From NCBI GenBank assembly GCA_037137395.1, contig JBAXKK010000060.1:1-16565 (forward strand): DNA of 16,565 bases, in the 5' to 3' direction. Below are positions 1 to 5,536 of this stretch, one piece after another. Made by a program: the position numbers and the translations under genes. Below the pieces are notes generated by a model. That model worked only from the letters and a program-made list of their open reading frames with translations. It was not told the origin of the DNA and made no database searches. The stretch comes from Elusimicrobiota bacterium. Its GTDB lineage: Bacteria; Elusimicrobiota; Elusimicrobia; Elusimicrobiales; UBA9959. Every line of letters starts with the position of its first letter. Within the stretch, counting starts at the first letter, position 1.

Positions 1-60
1 TTTACTTCTCAACATCCCAAAGGGGAAACTACCCAACTACCCAACTACCCAAAACCGTAA
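1..60 (+). CDS. Possible 3' end of a gene entering from the left (FTSQHPKGETTQLPNYPKP*)
   Basis: Frame 1 is open from base 1 to TAA at 58-60, just before the RBS of the next ORF. Too short to identify. Confidence 0.3.
   Translation, partial: FTSQHPKGETTQLPNYPKP
27..52 (+). repeat. Perfect 8-bp tandem repeat (AACTACCC)x3 + AA
   Basis: AACTACCC at 27-34, 35-42 and 43-50. Confidence 0.9.
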
Positions 61-93
61 CTGATACAGATAAAGATAGGAGGCACGCTGATT

Positions 94-504
94 ATGGAAA
101 GCAAAAAACAATTGAGCGAAAAAATACGGTCTATGGGAGTTAAAAAAGAATTCAAGCCCTTCAGGGAGCCGGAGTCCGGCGCGGCAATGTTACAGGTCAG
201 GAACCCGGCGCGGATAATGGACGGCCTGTTGGTCGGTTCAGAAATAGATGTTTACGACAAATCCACCTTCAGGATCTGGACCGGTCGGAAACAAAAAGCA
301 AAAGCTTACGCGCAGCGCTATAGATTGACTGTAAGCCTCTTGGATGGGGAGGCGGAGCTATTCGTCCCCGCACACCTGGCAGACGAAATCCTTCCAAAAT
401 TCGGGGCTAAAGTGAAGCGGGTGCTTTCAGAAGCCGCTTTAGAGGCGGCAAGGGCCAGGATGGCATTCGCTAATAAGCGCTGGGCACAAAAAAGCATCGG
501 CTAG
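94..504 (+). CDS. Hypothetical mobile-element protein (136 aa)
   Basis: AGGAGG Shine-Dalgarno ~10 nt upstream of the ATG. Basic C-terminal helix KRVLSEAALEAARARM is reminiscent of phage hypothetical proteins. No catalytic motif recognised. Confidence 0.75.
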   Translation: MESKKQLSEKIRSMGVKKEFKPFREPESGAAMLQVRNPARIMDGLLVGSEIDVYDKSTFRIWTGRKQKAKAYAQRYRLTVSLLDGEAELFVPAHLADEILPKFGAKVKRVLSEAALEAARARMAFANKRWAQKSIG

Positions 505-590
505 AACGCAGTCTTTGGCTTTTAGAATTGGAAAAAGTATAAGAGGGTGCCAACAGGGTTTTCAGGTAAAGAACCTGTCATTTATATGGA

Positions 591-764
591 CTAACGGGAA
601 GAAGAGCGTTTGGAAAGGTCAGGTTTAGTTTTCAAGAATGTTTCCAAGGATGTTCTGATTATCCAGGCCATACTGCGATCATGCTCAATAGATGCCTCTT
701 TGAGCAACTGTTCGAGTTCTTTCGGGATCAGGAATGAAATATACCGGTATTTTTTTTCTTTCAT
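591..764 (-). CDS. Ribbon-helix-helix (CopG/Arc-like) transcriptional regulator, 57 aa, absent from the ORF track
   Basis: Manual translation: MKEKKYRYISFLIPKELEQLLKEASIEHDRSMAWIIRTSLETFLKTKPDLSKRSSSR*. Alternating beta strand (YISFLI), P-x-E-L helix A, then R-S-x-A-x-I-I-R helix B, the RHH pattern. Has its own sigma70-like promoter. Confidence 0.85.
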   Translation of the reverse strand: MKEKKYRYISFLIPKELEQLLKEASIEHDRSMAWIIRTSLETFLKTKPDLSKRSSSR

Positions 765-771
765 CAGCTAA

Positions 772-800
772 ATTGTAACTTACATGAGGAACAGATTCAA
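772..800 (-). promoter_or_regulatory. Sigma70-type promoter for the RHH gene (TTGAAT-17-TACAAT), probably leaderless
   Basis: Minus strand -35 TTGAAT (800-795), 17-bp spacer, -10 TACAAT (777-772), 7 nt before the ATG at 764, no SD. Confidence 0.65.
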
Positions 801-804
801 TACA

Positions 805-833
805 TTGTATTAACATGTAATACGATGTATAAT
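805..833 (+). promoter_or_regulatory. Sigma70-type promoter for the integrase (TTGTAT-17-TATAAT), probably leaderless
   Basis: -35 TTGTAT 805-810, 17-bp spacer, perfect -10 TATAAT 828-833, 7 nt before the ATG at 841, no SD. Confidence 0.7.
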
Positions 834-840
834 AAAACAT

Positions 841-1878
841 ATGGCGATATTTAAAAAACAGGAAGTCTGGTGGGTAGACTACTACGCTGGCGGCCGGCGC
901 AAGCGGGAGCGTGTCGGCTCCAGCTATAAGCTGGCGCAGGAAGTGCTGCATAAACGCAAAGCCGAAATCGCCGAAGGCCGCTATTTCCCGGAGCGTCTCG
1001 AAAAGGAGCCGACTTTCCGTGAATTCTCGGAAATATTTTATGAGCAGCACGGCAAATATCTTAAATCCGCCTCCGATGTCGTTTACCGGCTGAAATATTT
1101 CAACAACTTGTTTGGCAATTTACCCCTGAGCGCGATAACTCCCCTCCAAATCCAGGAAGTCCGCAATAAACTGAAAGAAACCGTTTCAATATCGAGGGTG
1201 AACCGCTTCCATACACTGCTTAAAACAGTTTTCAATAAGGCGCATGCGTGGCGTAAATTTTACGGAGAAAATCCTGCTTCGGCAATTAAAATGGGGAAGG
1301 AGCCACCGGGGCGAACTCGCTTTTTAGACGAGCCCGAAATAAGAAGGCTGCTGGAAGCCAGCCATCCGAGGATATACCCGCTTGTCTCCTGCGCATTAAC
1401 TACGGGCATGAGAAGAGGCGAAATACTGAAGCTGAAGTGGGAAGACCTGAATTTAGATCTTGGCATACTCTATATCAGGGATTCAAAGTCAGGTAAGCCA
1501 AGAGAAATCCCCATTATCAAGCAGTTATACGATATTTTGATGAAGCTGCCTCGGGACACCGAAAGTGTTTTCACGGTCCCGAAGATCACGCTTGTGCGGT
1601 ATTTTCAAAAAGCCATGGATGAAGCGAATATACAGGATTTCCGGTTTCATGACCTGCGCCACACCTTTGCCAGCCACTTTATCATGAAGACCAGGGATCT
1701 GCCTGCGCTCCAGAAGATCCTGGGGCACTATTCCCCGGTCATGACGCAAAGATACGCGCATCTCACTAACGGCCATGTCAGGGCGGAAATGGAGATCCTC
1801 TCGGCTCTATGGACACCTATATGGACACCAAGCGAAAAAAACGTTTCTTGTGAAATGCAAAAAACCTTTGTAAAATAA
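841..1878 (+). CDS. int: Tyrosine recombinase / phage integrase (345 aa)
   Basis: N-terminal arm-binding-like beta domain (WWVDYYAGGRRKRE), SAM-like core-binding domain, and catalytic residues R (TGMRRGE), K (DSKSG), HxxR (FHDLRH), H (ILGH), Y (TQRYAH). Confidence 0.97.
   Translation: MAIFKKQEVWWVDYYAGGRRKRERVGSSYKLAQEVLHKRKAEIAEGRYFPERLEKEPTFREFSEIFYEQHGKYLKSASDVVYRLKYFNNLFGNLPLSAITPLQIQEVRNKLKETVSISRVNRFHTLLKTVFNKAHAWRKFYGENPASAIKMGKEPPGRTRFLDEPEIRRLLEASHPRIYPLVSCALTTGMRRGEILKLKWEDLNLDLGILYIRDSKSGKPREIPIIKQLYDILMKLPRDTESVFTVPKITLVRYFQKAMDEANIQDFRFHDLRHTFASHFIMKTRDLPALQKILGHYSPVMTQRYAHLTNGHVRAEMEILSALWTPIWTPSEKNVSCEMQKTFVK
1808..1829 (+). repeat. Direct repeat TATGGACACC x2, candidate integrase arm-type binding sites
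   Basis: TATGGACACC at 1808-1817 and 1820-1829 (12-bp period, encoding WTPIWTP), ~90 bp from the tRNA anticodon loop. Confidence 0.65.
1848..1876 (+). promoter_or_regulatory. Putative tRNA promoter inside the integrase 3' end (TTGTGA-17-TAAAAT)
   Basis: -35 TTGTGA 1848-1853, 17-bp spacer, -10 TAAAAT 1871-1876. Predicted start ~1883, a few nt before tRNA base 1 (1886). Confidence 0.6.
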
Positions 1879-1885
1879 GGATAAG

Positions 1886-1960
1886 GCGCCCATATCTCAA
1901 CGGATAGAGTCCTAGCCTGCGAAGCTAGTTATCTTGGTTCGATTCCAAGTGGGCGCACCA
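1886..1960 (+). tRNA. tRNA-Arg, anticodon GCG, CCA encoded
   Basis: Acceptor stem GCGCCCA/TGGGCGC, D arm TCTC-AACGGATA-GAGT with the Arg identity base A20, anticodon arm CTAGC-CT GCG AA-GCTAG, T arm CTTGG-TTCGATT-CCAAG, discriminator A, then CCA. Confidence 0.96.
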
Positions 1961-1975
1961 GATTTAAGGAAATAA

Positions 1976-2176
1976 ATGTTACCCGAAAACAAAGATACGC
2001 CGGCAAAAGAAACCAAGACCGGGCGATATATCTACGATAAGAAGCTAGGCAAAGTCGTCAAGGTGTCTGACGATATCCCCGGCCTCAAAAAAACCTCCCC
2101 AACATCCGCCGGGGCGGGTTGTCCAATGAATCCCGGCGGGCACAACTGCGGCGGCGGTTGCGGCTGCCATGGATAA
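1976..2176 (+). CDS. Small hypothetical protein with Cys/Gly/His-rich C-terminus (66 aa)
   Basis: AAGGA SD upstream. Fills the gap between the tRNA and the carboxypeptidase. Tail GCPMNPGGHNCGGGCGCHG. Confidence 0.7.
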   Translation: MLPENKDTPAKETKTGRYIYDKKLGKVVKVSDDIPGLKKTSPTSAGAGCPMNPGGHNCGGGCGCHG

Positions 2177-2187
2177 ACACGACCTGT

Positions 2188-3693
2188 ATGCGCGAAAAAT
2201 TTAATCTTCTTAAACAGAAATATTCCGAAGTAGCCGACATCAGTTCGGCTACTTCTCTTTTACACTGGGACCAGCAGGTTTATATGCCCAGCGGCGGCAC
2301 CGCGGCCCGCGCCCGGGCAACAAGCGCGCTGGAAGAGCTGGCCCATCGCAAATTCACCGCGCCTGAAAACGGGAAACTGATAGCTGACCTGTACGACTGG
2401 GCCCAGAGCCTGGGACATGATTCATTTGAAGCTTCTTACCTGCGAGCCGTCAAGCGGGACTACGACAAGGCCGCTAAGCTGCCGCCGGAATTCGTGGCGG
2501 AATTTTCAAAGACCGTTTCAGAAGCCCTCGGCGCCTGGACAAAAGCCAGAGCGGATTCCGATTTCAGCGTTTTCTCGCCCTATCTCTCAAAGATCCTGGA
2601 GCTTAACATAAAGAAGGCCGAGATCTTTGGCTTTGAAAAATCCCCTTATGACGCTCTGCTTGACATCTACGAGCCGGGTGTCAAAAAAGAGCACATCGAG
2701 CCTTTGTTCAAAAAACTGGCCGACGGCCTGAAACCGATTATAAAAAACATAAACGCCAACTCCGACCGGGTGTCCGGCGACTGCCTGCGCGGCGTCTTTG
2801 ACGAGGACGCCCAGCTCAGGCTCACCGGCGAGATAATAAAGGATTTGGGCTATGACCTATCGCGCGGGCGACAGGACCGCTCGGCCCACCCGTTCACCAT
2901 CGGCGTCTCCATAAACGACATCCGCATAACCACCCGCACCCAGAAGGATTATCTTCCTGCGGCCGTATACGGCTCGATACACGAATGCGGTCACGCGCTT
3001 TACGCCCAGGGCGTTCCCCCGGAGTTTGAAAGCACACCTCTGTGCGACGGAGCGTCCCTCGGAGTGCATGAATCACAATCCCGCTTCTGGGAGAATATTG
3101 TCGGCCGGAGCCTCAGTTTCTCAAAATGGGTCCTGCCCAAATACCGCGCGCATTTCCCCGGCAAGTTCGACCACATCACCCCGGAAGACCTTTATAAAGC
3201 GGTTAACAAATCGGCTCCTTCTTTTATCCGGGTGGAGGCGGACGAGGTCACCTACAATCTGCATATCATGCTCCGCTTTGAGATCGAGACACTGCTTCTG
3301 GAGTGCAAGCTGAAGGTGGCGGACGCCCCGGAATTCTGGAACGCCAGGATGAAGGATTATTTCGGCCTCACGCCGCAAAAGGCCAGCGACGGCATACTTC
3401 AGGACATCCACTGGTCGCTCGGCAGCATGGGATATTTCCCCACCTACACACTGGGCAATCTCCTCTCGGCCCAGATCCACAATAAACTTTCCGCGGAACT
3501 CGGCGACATGGACGCCCTGATAGAAAAGGGAGATTTCCACACGATACTCGGCTGGCTGAGAACAAAGATACACGCCCACGGCCGTAAATACCTGCCGGAC
3601 GAATTGCTGAAAAAAGCGATAAATGACGAACTCCGCGTCGAACCCTTTCTAGATTACATAAAAAATAAATATTCCAGGATATACAAGTTTTAA
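2188..3693 (+). CDS. Thermostable carboxypeptidase 1 / peptidase family M32 (~501 aa)
   Basis: M32 motifs HPF, DIRITTR, HECGH (HEXXH), HESQS, IRVEADEVTYNLH, QDIHW and GYFPTYTLG. Start moved to ATG 2188 (MREKF) to avoid overlapping the upstream ORF. Confidence 0.96.
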   Translation: MREKFNLLKQKYSEVADISSATSLLHWDQQVYMPSGGTAARARATSALEELAHRKFTAPENGKLIADLYDWAQSLGHDSFEASYLRAVKRDYDKAAKLPPEFVAEFSKTVSEALGAWTKARADSDFSVFSPYLSKILELNIKKAEIFGFEKSPYDALLDIYEPGVKKEHIEPLFKKLADGLKPIIKNINANSDRVSGDCLRGVFDEDAQLRLTGEIIKDLGYDLSRGRQDRSAHPFTIGVSINDIRITTRTQKDYLPAAVYGSIHECGHALYAQGVPPEFESTPLCDGASLGVHESQSRFWENIVGRSLSFSKWVLPKYRAHFPGKFDHITPEDLYKAVNKSAPSFIRVEADEVTYNLHIMLRFEIETLLLECKLKVADAPEFWNARMKDYFGLTPQKASDGILQDIHWSLGSMGYFPTYTLGNLLSAQIHNKLSAELGDMDALIEKGDFHTILGWLRTKIHAHGRKYLPDELLKKAINDELRVEPFLDYIKNKYSRIYKF

Positions 3694-3761
3694 CCTGAAT
3701 CCTGCAATTTATGGCAGATTTCATTTAGGAAATAGGGCAACAGAATTATACTGCAGAATTC

Positions 3762-4040
3762 CCCGCACAGCGGGCTGAGGGCCCAGCGCTATGCGCGCCT
3801 GGCCCGAAGAGGTGAGGCCCGGCTTTGGAACGAGGCATAATTATGGCTCGCGTCTGGGCCGCAAGGCCGCAGGTGTTTTCCTGCGCAGCGAAAACACTGA
3901 GGCGGGGTCGCGCAAAACCGCTATGCGGTTTATGCGTGACTATGCCTCCCGAATGGGCGCCCGCTATGCGGGCGGAAAGTTGCAGTTGCAACTTTTAGGT
4001 TAATTTTTCAGGCCGCGCAGAGCTAGCGGGCCGAAGAGGC
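3762..4040 (+). other. GC-rich, hairpin-dense intergenic element (candidate structured ncRNA or REP/MITE-like element)
   Basis: At least 7 stem-loops, three capped by CGC-TAT-GCG (3787, 3919, 3962). A 50-nt hairpin at 3899-3948 contains G.U-type pairs. Confidence 0.5.
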
Positions 4041-4055
4041 TGGTTCAAAACTTCT

Positions 4056-4697
4056 ATGGATACAAAAACAAAAACACGGTTTCTGGTCGGTATCGCCGGG
4101 GGATCGGGCTCCGGGAAGACCACCCTGGCGAGAAAAATGATAGAAGAGTGCGCCAAAATTGGGATCTCCGGCCAAATCTTATCTCTGGATAATTATTACA
4201 GGCCGCTCGACCATCTGAAGTTCGAAAAAAGGAAAGCCTATAATTTCGACCATCCAAACGCCATAGACTCCACGCTCGCCCTGAAGCACATAAAGGCGCT
4301 CCGCGCCGGCCAACCCATCCGCCAGCCCATGTACAACTTCAAACTCCACACCAGGGAAAAAGAAACTTCCGTATGCCGGCCGACAAAGCTGATAATCGTT
4401 GAAGGGCTGTACACCCTGTATTTTCCAAAGTTCCTGGACCTCTGCGACTACAAGATATTTGTGTCAACCGGGATGGTAACGGCGGTTTTGCGCAGGGTAG
4501 CGAGGGATATCAACGAAAGAAACCGCAGCATAGAAGACACCAAGCACCAGATTCTCACCACGGTACTGCCGATGTATGAGACCTATGTAAAGCCCACCCA
4601 GCGCAACGCTCATTTTTCAATAAACTGGGAAGGCGAAGAGATTCCAGAGAAAGCCACAGAAGGCTTGGTCAGAATGCTAAGGGACCACTTCCGCTGA
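4056..4697 (+). CDS. udk: Uridine kinase family protein (213 aa)
   Basis: P-loop GIAGGSGSGKTT, LDNYY, YNFDHPNA, IIVEG, RRVARD..ER and PMYETYVKPT match the uridine/cytidine kinase family. Confidence 0.9.
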   Translation: MDTKTKTRFLVGIAGGSGSGKTTLARKMIEECAKIGISGQILSLDNYYRPLDHLKFEKRKAYNFDHPNAIDSTLALKHIKALRAGQPIRQPMYNFKLHTREKETSVCRPTKLIIVEGLYTLYFPKFLDLCDYKIFVSTGMVTAVLRRVARDINERNRSIEDTKHQILTTVLPMYETYVKPTQRNAHFSINWEGEEIPEKATEGLVRMLRDHFR

Positions 4698-4749
4698 AAC
4701 AGTTTGAGTAAGACGAATTTTTTTCACCAGCCACAAGCAAACCCACACC

Positions 4750-5520
4750 ATGAAAGGGACTCCCGCGAACGAAAAGTTATTCTGGAACAACCGGGCCAGA
4801 AATTATCCATTACCATTTGAGCCGGGAAACCTCGCCAAAATCGGCAGAATACTGCGACTGTTGGAACGCATGGGGGTCCGCTTTGAAGGCCGCAAAGTTC
4901 TGGATATCGGCTGCGGCACCGGGGTTTACGCTCTCCCTCTGGCGGAGAAGGCTAAGTCCGTACTGGGGCTGGACTCCTCCCGTGAAATGCTTAAAATATT
5001 CCGCGCGGAGCGCCGCAGCCGCGCGATAGATAATGTTTCCTGCGTTCTTGCCGCCTGGAGCGCGGCACCCTCGTCCAGTCTGGCCGGGCGTTTCGACATA
5101 GCTCTCGCGTCAATGACTATGGCGATTAAAAAAAAGGCAGATATCCTTAAAATGGAAAAAGCCGCAGGCGAACGATGTGTCTATATCGGCTGGGCGGGAG
5201 TCCGCCGCAACGCGCTATTGGAGAAAGTCTACGCGAAGCATGGTGTTAAGTACCGCGCGCCGGAAGGCGCGGCGATAGTACTGAAAGCCCTGACAGAACT
5301 GGGCCGAGCCCCGTCCGTACGTTTTATCCGAGACTGCTGGGAAAGAAAAGCCTCCGCCGAGGATACCATGCGCGACATTGAAGTGGGCCTTAAGGTTAAC
5401 GGGGCTGAAATGGACAGGGGTTGGGTGGAAAATCTGCTGAAAAAAATAGCCCGTGACGGCATGATAAAACAAATTACCTCGGTAAGGAAAGCGTTGATAA
5501 CCTGGCGCGTCCCCTCTTAG
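4750..5520 (+). CDS. Class I SAM-dependent methyltransferase (256 aa)
   Basis: Motif I VLDIGCGTG, GLDSSREML, FDIALAS, N-terminal FWNNRARNY. Confidence 0.92.
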   Translation: MKGTPANEKLFWNNRARNYPLPFEPGNLAKIGRILRLLERMGVRFEGRKVLDIGCGTGVYALPLAEKAKSVLGLDSSREMLKIFRAERRSRAIDNVSCVLAAWSAAPSSSLAGRFDIALASMTMAIKKKADILKMEKAAGERCVYIGWAGVRRNALLEKVYAKHGVKYRAPEGAAIVLKALTELGRAPSVRFIRDCWERKASAEDTMRDIEVGLKVNGAEMDRGWVENLLKKIARDGMIKQITSVRKALITWRVPS

Positions 5521-5536
5521 CCTTAATCCTGCAGTT

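Larger units (their letters stand above)
1..1925. mobile_element. Right end of an integrative element (prophage, satellite or IME-like) inserted at tRNA-Arg; continues left of the window
   Basis: Tyrosine integrase abutting a tRNA gene, divergent RHH repressor, phage-like hypothetical ORF, tandem repeats, AT-rich control region. The right boundary inside the tRNA is inferred. Confidence 0.8.

Noticed and set aside
553..578. Weak hairpin (ACAGG...CCTGT) between the converging hypothetical and RHH genes as a terminator
   Set aside because: Short imperfect stem with no convincing U-tract.
584..591. ATATGGAC matching part of the putative arm repeat
   Set aside because: Single 8-bp match ~1.2 kb from the att region, compatible with chance.
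685..1050. 121-aa minus-strand ORF from the track
   Set aside because: Antisense to the integrase and runs through the promoter region. The credible minus-strand gene is the RHH ORF at 591-764 in another frame.
2119..2187. N-terminal extension of the M32 peptidase (MSNESRR...)
   Set aside because: TTG start overlapping the upstream small gene. The family-like sequence begins at ATG 2188.
3746..4003. ORFs 3746-3991 (-) and 3791-4003 (+) in the structured intergenic region
   Set aside because: No SD or recognisable motifs. Composition reflects GC-rich palindromes, so they are likely spurious.
3762..4040. CRISPR array, glycine riboswitch, hammerhead ribozyme, tmRNA or RNase P as the identity of the structured region
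   Set aside because: No regular repeat-spacer period. CCGAAG and TCAGG occur but not in glycine-aptamer order with GGAGA. No CUGANGA core, no tRNA-like ends, no GAGGAAAGUCC.
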